This document shows positions 1 to 13,009 of a stretch of 64,000 bases of DNA, piece after piece. The position numbers were made by a program, and so were the translations under genes. The DNA is from Marsupella aquatica. Taxonomy: Eukaryota > Plantae > Marchantiophyta. The notes beneath the pieces are model-generated. The model worked only from the letters and a program-made list of their open reading frames with translations, was not told the DNA's origin and ran no database searches. Within the stretch, counting starts at the first letter, position 1. Each line of letters begins with the position of its first letter. The stretch lies in the NCBI GenBank assembly GCA_973895155.1, contig OZ316896.1, positions 8,515,539-8,579,538 of the forward strand, read 5' to 3'.

Positions 1-239
1 TCAGGATGCATATGCTACACGGAGAGCAGTGGCAGTAGACAATTTGTACTCCTGAACAGAGGGGATATGCCATCCGAAGCTGATAAGCTCGATGAATGTC
101 CCGTATTGGAGCTTCGGGGATTAGTGCAGGTATCCTATAGGAGCTCTCGGCAATCCAATTCTACATGGTATCTCGGTACTTCAGCAGGATCGTGTGATTT
201 CATCGGGAACTCATAGCACTGGCCACTTGTCTTAAAGTG

Positions 240-450
240 AAAATAGTGCATTGGTCTATATCTAAGGAATATAGGTTCCCTTGTGCATTTTCTTTATCAG
301 TATTTCAGGGATTTTCACCGCCTGGCTGAATTGGTAAAAGGCAAAACCAATTCTGGTGAGCAGGTTGTTATTGATCATTTTGTCCCCAGTCTGTATTATG
401 AGGTGCCCATTGGATTGGAGGATCACTGGATTTCTGGTCACTGCTACTAA
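240..450 (+). mobile_element. Possible degenerate LTR-retrotransposon gag fragment
   Basis: The frame reads LRNIGSLVHFLYQYFRDFHRLAELV...GEQVVIDHF, resembling the retrotransposon gag L-x-Q-x-G-S...Y-x-x-x-F-x-x-L motif. It is short and flanked by stops. Confidence 0.25.
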
Positions 451-1765
451 TCTTTGAATGGAGGTCCATTTAGACGGGGATTCGTGAGATCTGGAGGTTG
501 TCTAATACCTTCAAGTACTTCACTTTTGGACCTCAATTTTGGATCGGTTCTAGAGTTTCTTGATGATGTGGTCTTTATTACTGGAGTATATGAGCACATT
601 CGGAGCTTGGAAAGAACTCACATGATCAGTCATCATTAATTGACGCAGGCGAGTGAAGCAGGACCTGTGAATGGAACAAGCTTGAAGAAAGGCCTATCTG
701 AATCTAAACCACTTGTAAACGTTCAGTTTAGCTGTGGCAACTTACCAACGCGATTCCAAGACGAAACCCGGACGACATCGAGGGCCAGAAAAGATGAAGG
801 ACTGGAAGCGTAGGTTTTTTTGAGAGAGTACGAGAGGGTATCCTGGGAAACAATAAGGGGAGTTCAATTCAGTGTATAAAGAGGACCGGTTTTGAAAATC
901 TCCGACACTGAGGCCAAAGTCGCACCATTGAGATTATTTTGAACCTCATTTGGAATGGAGTGGACTGCTTCTCAGATGGCAGATTGGAACGTTTGGTTTC
1001 AACAGACTACGAAAATGTCCAACGTGTGGAAGAGCTTCATTAAACCACCAGTGCCCATATAAGAGAGGTGTGCAAAATGTCTCCTCTTTTCTCGGTTCGA
1101 GTTCAGTTCTTTGACTAAGCAGTACTAGGCTTCAGTGTGTCTCGGTCCCGAATAATGGAAAGTACCGTCAAACAGTAGCCACTACACGTACTGGGTGATT
1201 TAGATAAGCCAATATGTCCCGGAGTTCAATTGTGTCTTTCACAGCGGGAAGAAGTTGGTTCTTGAGACCTCACAAATGTTTTGGAGACAAATTGAAGCAT
1301 TGTACCATACAATCTTCACACTAGTGGATGTACGAATGTACTATATTCTTATCTAGTCGTTGTCATGTCTGATCCCACATATTATTTAAAACGCTGTACT
1401 TATTTGGATCTACCATGAATACAGTGGTAATGACGATCGTCCACCTTTTTTTCTGAGCTGCAAACAAAAGACAAGTGAGAAGCCAGGGTCGACACTTTTG
1501 CAGTCTCTTACGTGTGTTCTACATTGCTTCAGTCGGAATCTCTTTTCTTGTCCAGATTTCTCCCAAACAGCCTTGAGCGACATGAAAATCAAAGAATTTT
1601 GTAATCCTTATTTATATGCATTACTACAATATCGGCCAAAAATTTTGATATACAGAGCTCGGATGCAAAAAACTTCCGAAGTCGATCCAACTCCTTTGAT
1701 CCTACATTTGGATCAGCGCACAAACAGCTTCAATTCCATGTCACAGCATACTGTACCCAAACTGA

Positions 1766-1867
1766 AAATCAAATTGATGGTGAATTATTTCGCCGTAAGT
1801 TGTGGGTAGGAGGACTAAATCAAAATGAAGGTGAATTATTTCGCCATGAGGTGAGGGTAGGAGGACT
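1766..1867. repeat. Tandem duplication, 2 x ~51 bp
   Basis: aaatcaaattgatggtgaattatttcgccgtaagttgtgggtaggaggact is followed by aaatcaaaatgaaggtgaattatttcgccatgaggtgagggtaggaggact. Confidence 0.85.
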
Positions 1868-3950
1868 GTACCAAGACTGGAGGCAGCATCTGGAAGGCTC
1901 CAAGACCTAACCACATGGCTACACGAGAGTTTTGTCCGGATTATTTTATTTTAAAAAATGGACTGGAAAAAAAACTTTCAACTGAATTTATCCACACAAG
2001 AACAGTCATTATTTTCACAAAAATCACGCCTAGCCTCTTTTTCGATTAAGGTCACTGGAGAAAGAACCATATACAAACAGTGGCAGTATTTTAACTACAA
2101 TAAAATCAGAAAATTGTGGATATTCTAAATACTAAAAAGTCAGTCCAGGCCACTTAAGAGGCAATGCAGTTAAAAACTATTTCCCCACCTTGGGTATTAT
2201 TACTCGAAGAGCACTTTACTCTTTCACAGGTCTTGTACTAGCACCAAGACTTCTCTGCCCACCATGGAACGATGAGACTGAACCCAGCGATGTCTTCTTC
2301 GCTTGCCCTCAGTCAGTTGGTATGTGGGCGACATTTCAATCCACGACCATTGATAGCTGTCTTCAACTCGTCCTCCCCGTTCAAATTCAGCGCTTCCGTT
2401 TTATGGGATGTACGAACTCCTGTATGTGATTCACCGTGCCTTTTCTTGGTCTTGTCATACTCCTATCTTTTTCCATTTTCCTTTCTCCGTTTCGGGTCTT
2501 GTTGAGTACAGAGTATATAAGATATTTTTGTAGAATCGAACGGCAAGATTGAGTGTGTCCTGAACAAAGAGCAAGGCGACTCGATAGCGTGAATATGAAT
2601 CGCCCTCTCCAACCTTACCTTGCTGTCAGCGCAGCTAAACGAGAGCTAATAGGGACGAGGGTGGCTCAGTCCATGGTGTTGTTCAACTCACTAGAATTTC
2701 GTTCCAGCTTTAATTACATGAGAAATGGTCTAGAAAGAGTAGGCAAGAGTACCGAATGTGGCTCTCGTCCCTCCGTTTGGGCCTGAAATTGCGTTACACT
2801 CTGAATCTTGACAATGGGATCTCATAATCATTCCATGGACGATTTAAGCAACAGTTTTCTGTGGCCAATCGCGCGTACCATGGCCCAGTCTCAGAGGAAC
2901 CGCGGCTAAATGAATTCGTTTTAAAGTCCACCGATCCCTAGCAAGGAGCAAGGGTCGGGGAGGGAAAGAAATGACAGCCGAATGTCGTTGAGCACAAGTA
3001 GCACATAAGATATGTAAGGCTGGTTCTGATGGGCGAGGAGGTCGTCTACTGAAATTGGCAAGTATTTAGAAAGACAATGGATTCTACCTCAAGTTGTGTA
3101 GTGTGTAGAACAGATGCAGAAAGTAACTGTGAGCGGCCGGACTAAGTGCCCTTTTGGGCAATGTGGGCTCTACCAAATCTGTCAGTACATCCCATAAAGC
3201 TACGGAAAATAAATGATGTTCCAGAAATCTCTTTGTGCAATATTCAAATCCATTCTATATCTGGGTTAGACACCCCCTTCTACAGGGACTCGTAATCACC
3301 AGAGTTTGCTAGCAAAGGGCTGTCGTTTGGATGAGTGTTGCATTACATCTTAAAGTTCAGTATTGTTTGCTAGCTGTGAAACTGACATGATTTAGAAACT
3401 GATTTCTTGCCGTGTGTGGGAATGACGAAGTTGGTGGAGCCGAGGAGGAAATTTGTGAAAGCAGGAACTGCAGGAACGAAGTTTCTTTTTGACCATCTCC
3501 GCACTAAAGGTAGCATTGTCCTTCTTTTGAGCACTCCTGTTGTGAATTTCAACTGATAGTACATCCCACAATTCAAACCACCCGTGGGTGCAATAAGTGT
3601 TTGTTACTCATATTCATGAAACCACTTTGATTATTTAAAGGCTCTTATACTGGTTGTTGCCTACACATTGGGGTCGCACAGAACTCTTGGCAGAATCTTT
3701 GATTTGTTCAATGATTCTTTCCCCTTCGCTCAAGCACTCTGGTTTGTGCGTTTGCATATGTGGCACACACTCAGGCGGTCCTTGTCACGTACAGTGGACT
3801 ACACGGCTAGAACGACTCATGTTCCTTAAGTTTTAGAGCACTGTACTGATTTTGATCTTAGATTTTTGAAGCGATGGGGTTATATATGAGTCTATGTGGG
3901 AGTGTTAGGTGAGAATCTCCCACATTTGTGTCAGCAGATGAGTAGTTCAG

Positions 3951-5197
3951 ATGGAGGTGAGGTGGACCTTTGCTGCTGGCTTACTGGTTCTTATACTTAC
4001 AACCTTTCTTAGAGACTGGCCAGTCCTGCTTCCTGATTCAGCCTCAAAGACTTTCTTCGCGTCACGTGCTATGGCACAAAGTGCTGGAATAGACACACCG
4101 TTGATCGTGGTCTACATCACAGTGCCGAACAAGGAAACAGGTACAATCTATGGACGTCCATGGCCAGTTCATTGTTGTGCAATTGTAGCGAAGGTCTTTA
4201 TCGTGCGTCTGCAGTCTGAGTTGGTCGCTGCTTGCATACTTTTGTGAAATGAAATACCCTATTGATCAATACCTGTCTGAGATATCAGCTCATGTTGCTG
4301 CCTTTACCAATAAGGTTGCTGTGTTTGTTGTTGCTCCTTCAGCGACAAAACTGTCATCCAGTCTAGTGAGCAACAAACTGGCAGCCTGCGTAAATCAAGT
4401 TCCTGGTGAGTTTCTCCTCTCATCTAGTGTGAAGGCGGTATTCCATTGATGGCGATGTTCACCCCAAAGCCGCTAAGACTGTCTGATATGACCCTTTACA
4501 GTTTTGAGTAGTGACTGTACTTTGGAGCTGTACTTTGCAGTCATCCTCAGCTACCCATGATTTTAGTTCATAGAAAATTTGGTTGTCGTTACTCTGTTAG
4601 TGTAAGACTTCTACATATTACTAATCCACCATGGCTATCTCCACAGGTGTTGTCTCAACATATATGTGGGAGGGGAAGGTAACTTTCAAACGTCAGCCTG
4701 TAATGAATTGTGACTGCTACAAATTGCTATTATGAATTGGATTTTGCTTAAATCAGATATTTACCTAACTCTTCGAGCACGCAACATGATGCTTCATATA
4801 CTCATTGTAGGTTTGGTCTTTCCCAAGGACTGAATTCATTCTTGAATGTCTTGCAGTTGGAGACTGATGAGGAAATCTTGCTTATCGTGAAGACCAGACA
4901 ATCCCTTTTGGATGCTCTAACCGTGCATGTGAAGGCCAACCACCCTTACACGTATGATTTCCAGCTCTCTTGAACCCCGTTGTTTCCTCTAAAAGTCGAA
5001 TCATTATGTCAGGACCTTTGTTTCGGATCCAAAACATCAGAATGTTTCCTTTTGTTCGACTTAACTTACACTTTCAAGATATCCTGAATTTGTTTACGAG
5101 CAGGGTACCGGAGGTCATAGCCTTACCTATTCTTGGAGGAAGTGACTCCTATATCAAGTGGGTGGCAGAAAACACTGAGGACAATATACAAGCGTAA
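3951..5197 (+). CDS. CUTA: CutA (divalent cation tolerance protein CutA1 family), 5 exons
   Basis: Exons 3951-4140, 4343-4405, 4647-4678, 4857-4951 and 5104-5197 join in frame via GT-AG. They give IVVYITVPNKE, LAACVNQVPG, STYMWEGK, EEILLIVKT and HPYTVPEVIALPI, all diagnostic CutA motifs. Confidence 0.95.
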
Positions 5198-5649
5198 ATT
5201 CTGTATATCTATCTGCCAGGATCCGAGCTGAGAAGGCTATGATATGTGTTTTATATTTAGCTTTTGTTAGTAGTCGGCGCTTGTCTTTCATAGTTGCATT
5301 ATATTCAGTAATCTGATCGGCGATTTTTTTCTTTCGCATCAGCTTTGAATAATATTGACCCAATAGAACGATTACAGCATTGTATATTGCACCTCTAGAC
5401 CAAAACGACAACACGAGGGAACTGTCTGTAATGCGAGCTGTGACTATGTGATAATGCTGTCCTGCTCTTTCTTGCATGGGCGTAAAGCACGATCAATAGA
5501 AGATCCTGTCGAGTAATAGCATGTCAACTTCCCCACGCTAGTGATTTCTTGGAATCGAGAACGGGGGCTTGCATTACTCATAGGTACAAAGGTACTCATT
5601 CCTCATTGCAACAAAAGTACTTCATTGTCTCTACCAAGGAGGAGCAGCG

Positions 5650-6610
5650 ATGGATGGAAGAAGAGCCGGAGTTGCGCTGTTCAGACTTCCGACCATTGCA
5701 CCCAGGCGACAACCAAACGCGCCATCGGCATGGGCTTTTGGATTGATTGTTATGGGTGTGCTACTTCTCGTAGTGTTTCTTTACGTTGCTATCTTTTCGA
5801 AGATGTTGCCTCCTTCCGGGATCTTTCTCCTCGATGCTTTGCGAAATGACTGGTAATTTTCATGTCAAACAATTGGTGCCAATTTCCTGCTTCCTTTGGC
5901 AATTTTCTCACCTTTTTAGGCCTCGTGACTGAGGAGTTATGAACTCTGATTGTTCTCTTCCATTGACATCGTGGGTCGAGTCATTGTGTCAATTTCTTCC
6001 TTTTGTGGCCCTGTGACCACAAGAGTGTGTCCAGGACTGTGTAATTCTAGCCGAAGTCAACTTCTAGGTTAGGATTTCGGGTCCACTCAGCATTCTTCGG
6101 GATGAGATGGGAACCCTAATTGCAATTGGTTCCATTGTGTCGTTTGTTTTGCCTTGTGGCTCGTTCCAAGGATCCAGCTTTAGGGCAATGCGCAGTGCGC
6201 TGCAGTCAAGAGGAACTCTTTCTCGTCTCAACTTCTTAGAGTTAGTTGCCTGTGAATGTGAAGTCCAAAACAGAGTCGAGAGGACCTGGGTCTCATAATA
6301 GTCTACAAGAAGTCAATATGTCTTTTATCAGATGGAGAAATCCTGGAGGACTAATAGGTCTCCAAATCAACTGTTTTGCGTGTCACTGTTAGCTTTGGAG
6401 ATCTTGTGGGGGAACCAAGCGCAAGATGTCCGAAAATTCTAGATAGTAGTGTGGACTAATGCTCTTCCCAGCTTCCAAATGGAATTTGATTGTTTAGTGT
6501 TGGGTCTCATGTGCAGGTACTACAACTTACTGGTTCCTCTGACCATTCCTACAATAGTCGTAGCTGTTTATCTCCACTGGCTTAGTATGAAACTCTTCAA
6601 GCACGCGTGA
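5650..6610 (+). CDS. PIGY: PIG-Y/Eri1-like phosphatidylinositol N-acetylglucosaminyltransferase subunit Y, 2 exons
   Basis: Exons 5650-5852 and 6517-6610 give two hydrophobic segments and SKMLPPSG...LRNDWYYNLLVPLTIP...YLHWLSMKLFKHA*, the typical PIG-Y family C-terminus. Confidence 0.88.
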
Positions 6611-9600
6611 GCATCATCCAGCACACAAGTGGCAACTTTGGACTTGTACAAGAAGCCAGCTCACCGGAATGGATATGCCAAGACTCATCTGGTCACCGAG
6701 GTAAAGCAACGTTCGATCCTAGTGATAAGAAGGTCGACAGAAGTACCAAAAACTCTGTAGGATTTTTATGAGAAAAAAACAGAAGTCTCGTAAAACAGAT
6801 GCACTGTGTAATTTGTGTTGCGGGGGTCAGCATAATGGCCGTCTATATTTTTGGGTGTCAGTCTGTTCGCAAGGGTACCGGAGACGGTTTACAGTGAGCA
6901 CTGTATCACTCGTTGGTTTCATGATTTCTTTAATCAGTAGAAAGAATCTTGTCCACGCAATGGAGAAGTGGCAGGCTTACCAGTTGATGCTTTTCTTAGT
7001 AGGAGATTCATTTCGGTTCTTTCTTTACAAGGTCGAACGAGTTACCAGCTTGGATTGCAAACTAAATGGTCCAGACTTTCCTGTTCGTTAGGAACAGTTG
7101 CAGGAGATATCATATCCTTGGGGTAAGGGACTTTTGGACGTGATCGATGTTTTTGGAGGCCCAACCTCAGAATGCTGATTTTGTGCCTTTATTTCCTTAT
7201 TTTAGAGTTCTGTCCGTTGTTGGCTTATCTCTTGTTGAGCGCACAACACTCTTGAAGCTGGACGATTAGAAGATAATATAAAAATGAAACATCTTGACCC
7301 ACACTCGGACAGAGTACAGACAGGACAGTTTTGAGATCCTTGTAGCAACAGCATAGGCTCGATTAACACCTTAATATCTCGGTGTGAATAATGAAAAGCG
7401 TGCATTGTCTTTGGATGAAACAACTTGGAGAAGAAATGAGAAAGCTTGGGCATCAAATTCTCCTTCAAGCTCAACCCAACGAACGAACGTCCAATCGGAT
7501 GCTGTATGGGATTCTCCAATGCAATTGGGAAAAAGGGCCATGATCAATCCACCCAGCACAGGCAGGAAGAGGAATGTTAGCTCCAGAACTGCAGTGCAGC
7601 AGTACAGAAACATATCAGTGTTAGCCTATTAAAAGTACAGCACCCAATATACGTCGTCGAAGGTGAGTTCAGGATTAGTTCAGGTGGGAAGAAGAGCGCA
7701 AGGGGAGCAACATCGTTTGGAACGATAAGGTAAGCAAAACGGCTCTACGTGGTGGCATGCTTGTACTCCCCGGATGACCGCACTCATGGGTAACTACTTA
7801 ATTAAGATATTTACCTTCTGAACACCACTTAGATGTACAGAACAGCTGACTGTTCGCCAGATTCACAAAGGCCAGGGACAATGCTTCACTGTGCCAGCCC
7901 ACCCCGCTCTCCAGGTGCTTCTATTCAACGATCCTCAATTGCCGTTTTGCAAGAAGCAACACAGAACCACTCTGTAATCGCTCCACATTTTCAGCTAGAG
8001 AGCTAATGGGACGCAAAGGGTACTCCGACTCCCGACCCTTCGAAATTGAGAGCTTGCTCCGGGTAATTTAAGTTAGCACTAAGTTTTTATGCGAGTTTCA
8101 ACCCACGAGAGGAACTTTTGCTGTTCAAGACAGACTGTCACTGGGAGACCATCCGCCACTGACGAGGACATTTTAATGAAAGACGGTTTCCTTCGCTTTC
8201 TTTTTTGATGGTGTTTCCATTTTTATTACTCGACCATCTGAATCTCTTTGGACTTCTATTTGGCTGCGTCCAATACCAATTCCTCGTTTGCCTTCGGTAG
8301 CATTAACTTGAAGTGGCATCAATTGCTCTAAACTGTGATTTTGGGGTATTTTGTACGTGCCATAGACAGGACCTCAGTTTGGGTAATCGTTCATATCGAG
8401 CGTTTAGCACAGGCAGCGTGTTGCAATGTACAATACATGGTTGATACAGCGTGAAAGAAGAATTCAATACACCTGTGGCGGAGGACGACGAGGATTGTCA
8501 AGAGGGCCTGCATTGGCAACCTCTGTTTCTTGAAGCCCTACCAACACTATACCCGTCCAGCATACTACCCCCCATCAATTTTGGCTTAACTTACCTTTGG
8601 TACCTTTGTTAGTTTTCCAAGATTCGTCTCTCATGCTGCACATTTTTGCCCCCCAATTTATTTCGCTAGCCCGCAAGCCCCCACTGGCTTTTGTGCTGCT
8701 CGGGACCTGGGATTCACTTCATTTTCAAATTCGTTTTGCAGTTGGGGTCAATACAGGATGCTAGATGCAATACTCTCAAGCAACCACATTTTACCAATTA
8801 TTTATTTATTTATAAATATGTCATCGTTTTGTATAATGACGACAAGCTCAACAAAGGAACCATTGTGTGAATATACCAAAACCATGACATATTAATTAGA
8901 ACATCCTTAGTTGCAATGTAATTAAATAATCATCCTTTATCTATATAGTATAATTTCTGACATATCATCCTTAACTCTTTAGGCTGTAGTTAATGTGTTA
9001 CACATGCAATTGGAACACTTCAGTGAAATGGGGCCAACAAAAAGTAACGAACAAAGGGAAGGCACAAAGGGAAGGCATACATTGCTATATGGTGAAACCT
9101 AGTTACTTTTTTTCATATTTTATTTTGGCATAAATTAGAGTTTTAATGTTCTCTTACAATAAGACATTTGATCAAAATAATTACCTTAGGGATAATTTTC
9201 AAGCCCCTTTTACCAGGAAAGAAGTCCTTACTTTTGATTAATGTTTTTACCCCTTTTAAGTAAATGTAAGGTTACATTTAACCCAAATTCACACCAATGT
9301 CGGGAATTGTTTTCCAAAACAATTGCTTCACACAAAACAGAGCAGTGCAATGGCGGAAATGTTTTCTGAGACATGAATTGCTTTTTCTGCACAGCCTTTT
9401 GGCTGCAGTTGGCTATTTTCTTAATCGTTTTTCTGCCCAGCGTCTCTCATCCTCCATAGAACGAAACACTTTCATTATATCCACTCCCTACAAGACAAAT
9501 TAACTACCAATGTTCCAGGATGAGCCGGCTATAATATACAACGAAGTAGAAGTCTTTCGAGCTGTTCGCACGAATTGCGATGTGCTGAGCAACGAAGGGG

Positions 9601-9702
9601 GAATGGAGTTTTGAGCTAAGGAGGGAGGGTGACAGGGAGAACTGGGAGTAATATGACGCACTGCCTTATTACGACGAAGCAGATGGGGTCTAGGGTTATA
9701 TA

Positions 9703-12450
9703 ATGAAAGAATTACGGGACGCAGAGAGTTGGCACTACAGAGGCGAGGGTGCTGCAAATATTGTCCTGGTGTACCGTGGTGATGATCCAGAGCTGGTAGT
9801 CTTTATATCTCGCTCTTTATGCTGTTCTCTTGAGTCCTCGAAGTTTCAATTGAAGGTTTCTCTGTCATTGAGGCTGCTGCCAGAAGAGGCTTGACCTTAA
9901 ATTCATTCATTCATTCTATCTATCGGTTGATCTTGTCCTGGCCTTGCGATTAAGCATAGCTAACCTGGTCCGGCACTTCTTTGCGTAAATGTGCAACCGA
10001 TTCTGTAATGGTGTAAAACAACCAATGCTTGTTGTTTGAAACATAATTGTGAGATGTTTTGACTTCAATTATGGCAACGTATGGGTGGTGCAGACTGGGA
10101 AGGTTCTACGGCTACGGAAGTCTCTTAAAAATGATGAAAGTGTGGGCAATGCTACCAAAAGTGAACCGGCTCTCAGCAGAGAGGAGCAGAAAGTTTGGGC
10201 TGAGTGGCCTGATTTGGTCTCTGCCACGACCATTGCTGAGCTAAACCATTTTTATGCTCGAGATGTGCTTCGTCCACTATTTGGAGATGAGCATGTGGAT
10301 CCTGGGGTATCAATCTTTGTCTCCATCTGCCGTGAGCTTTAACATGAAATTCGCTGTTGTTGCTGCTCTTATTTAAGCCAGGAATCAGGTTTTAATTGCA
10401 CCCCCCCATGCGCAGACGTTGGTTCTCATCGGGAGTTCTTGCATAGAAGCACTAGACTACCACATACGTCACGTGCGTCCTTCGTGGAGGGTGGAAAGTG
10501 GGTCGCTGGAGGCCTTGACCTGCATTGGCCTGCTAATTTCTGATCACACGTGCTTTTCAACTCCTGCAGGTTAGTGGAGATAATAGATCCAGTTTGTTCT
10601 TCCAATGTTGATGATCATCCGACGTTGCATACATGTAATCGAGTGCATTTATTGTAGAAGGATTTCTCATGTTCTAAAATGCTGATTTATGCTTTTATGC
10701 AGGCATTGTGCAAGATTCCTTGGCCACCATATCGGTGGAACTCAAGGTCCAATTGTTGCACCTACATTTTGCAATTCGATCTTTTGAAAACTTCTCAGTT
10801 ATCCGTAAGTAGAATTCATGAATTCTTAGGACACGCAGGTCGTATGATTATCCGAGATTTGCCGACAGGATTATGCATGAATCATTCATAAAATTAACAT
10901 GTTCATCCATTTTGCTGGTAAAGACCTTAATTTCATGGAACCTCTTGCAATTGGTCGAACGTGTTCGTTAAGGAGACAACATAGCGTGCTGGAGATTAAT
11001 TTAAAAGCAGGGTTCATTTACCAGAGAATGTTCTGAATTCGGCCCATCGTTTTGGTTCATCCTAGAGGTTTCAGTAGACAGTTCTCTCGGTGCAATCTTT
11101 AAGTAACAAATGAAAACAAGGAATTGGATTTTTTGGAAGATAGATTCAAATGTTCACTGTTTTGACCAATATAAGTCTTGCCGTGGTCGAGGTTCTCAGC
11201 TACAATCAATTTTGAAAGTTCCTCGGCACGGTTCCCTTATCCTGGCACGGCATTTCTTTGCATTGTGAACTGCAGCCTAAATGTGGGTTTCTGCCAACGA
11301 CAAGCTTTATAACAGAGGAGGGATCCATTAAAAAGAGGTTATCTCGCTTTAGCATGCATCAACAACTGAAGTTTCACCAAGGAAAGGTCTGATATGCTCT
11401 ATTTGCCTGTAACGCACAAGAGGTCTCCCGGATTTGTTTAGTCTGACTATGATTTCATTCTTTTGCGGTCTTGTTTTTGGGTGTTACTGATACTTGCACC
11501 TGCCACCTACCAAACAGATTGAACAAATAAGCAAGTACGACCCCTTGGACCTCTTTTCTGGTACCAGAGATGGGATTCTCAAAGCAATTGGAGCTCTTTT
11601 TGAAACCCCACAGAACAACCTCCGTATATTTTTAAATGGCGAAGAAATTTTTGGTGCATCCAGGAATGACAAACTTTCCATTGTCCACTTTGATGATTGT
11701 TTGGAAGGATTTGTGTCTGCCCAAGCTGGTGAACGAGTGCAAGCCTTTCAGAAGCTTGTAACTGATTTGCTGTTGAAGAGTGACATTCTTCATAAGTTAC
11801 TTCATGTACAAAAGCTGGATTATTATGACATTGAAGGTGCTATCCAGGCATACTACATATTTTTGAGTTATCAAGAAAGTTTACCTGAAAGTTCAAGGAC
11901 AGACCCTGAAAGTTCAAGGACAGATGAAATCTGTTCTACAGGGGAAGGCATAGAGGACCTGAAACGATTCCAGGAGAAACACAGCTGTCGAGATGAAATT
12001 CTGCAGCTCTCTGAAAAGCAGACTATTTCATCCTCCGCATCACTAGAGGATTGCCGAAAGATCCTCCGGGACTTCTTGATATCGACCACTGCCAAAGATT
12101 GTGGCCTGATGTTGAGTTTACAGCCCTTGAGTCAAAGGAATATGGATATTTCTGATATGCAGAATGCAAATATTTTCAGATCTTCGGACAGATTGTATTT
12201 GCAGAAGGTATGTGGCATCAATTTCAATCATGATACCGTTTGATCTCAGTAAAGTAGATTAGTTTTTTCCGAGTGGTCTCAATTATTCTCGAGTACATTG
12301 ACTGGTAGAAAATCATTTCCTTATGCTATATATATATACGTGTTGCAGATTCTGTTGTTGGACCTTGATCTCAAACGAATGAAGAAGATGAGGTACTACT
12401 TAAAGCTTGACCGAGAAATAGTCCAGGCTTACAAATCCATGATGTCTTAA
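9703..12450 (+). CDS. IPK1: Inositol-pentakisphosphate 2-kinase, 7 exons
   Basis: Exons 9703-9795, 10094-10306, 10416-10569, 10703-10746, 11276-11386, 11518-12207 and 12349-12450. Motifs: YRGEGAANIV, VELKPKCGFLP, SRFSMHQ, YDPLDLFSG, PQNNLRIF, TAKDCGLM, LLDLDLK. Confidence 0.96.
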
Positions 12451-13009
12451 TAGTAGCGTTACTGGTTTGAAGTTCGACAATCAACGGTTCCCTTGCGGTA
12501 TCCGTAGTTCCCAATCTGCAATCAATTGAGGTCCATTTGAGTTGCGGTTACTTAAGACTTCGGTAGTGGTCTTAATGTCTAAAATCGTTGATATTCCAAA
12601 ATGTAGGTGTCTTTTTGAGGACGGTTCAGCCGACTTCAAATCAAAATTAAACATTATGAGTAGTTTGAGGCTAATACTTGGTGGGAAGACCCCTTTGTTG
12701 AAGATTGTGAGGATTCACGACCAGTTAAAAAGGTTTGTTTATCATGCTCGTGTGTGGGAGGCTTACGTTTGTCCGCCTTCCAATCTGTCGGTTTCACCGA
12801 TACACCTTGTCCAAGCTGGCTAACAGTCAAACCGAGCCTATTTATAGACCATATTACATGATAACTTCCTCGTGCTTGGGTAAAGAACGTTACAGATATG
12901 ATTGTATTGACTATCTACCTCAACCGTTCCCACGCGACACAGATGGCATGGAAATTGCATTGCATTTACAACAAATGAAGGTTGTTTTTCCATTGTACTC
13001 TTGACAACT

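Noticed and set aside
2820-3200. LINE zf-RVT remnant (SCVVCRTDAES)
   Set aside because: Only a CxxC-like fragment with no supporting RT motifs. Too weak.
4952-5103. U12-type intron in CutA
   Set aside because: The donor GTATGATTT departs from GTATCCTTT, and the branch-like gacttaac is imperfect and ~38 nt from the AG. Treated as U2.
7765-7825. C/D box snoRNA (GATGA...CTGA)
   Set aside because: The C box is incomplete, and there is no terminal stem or recognisable rRNA guide.
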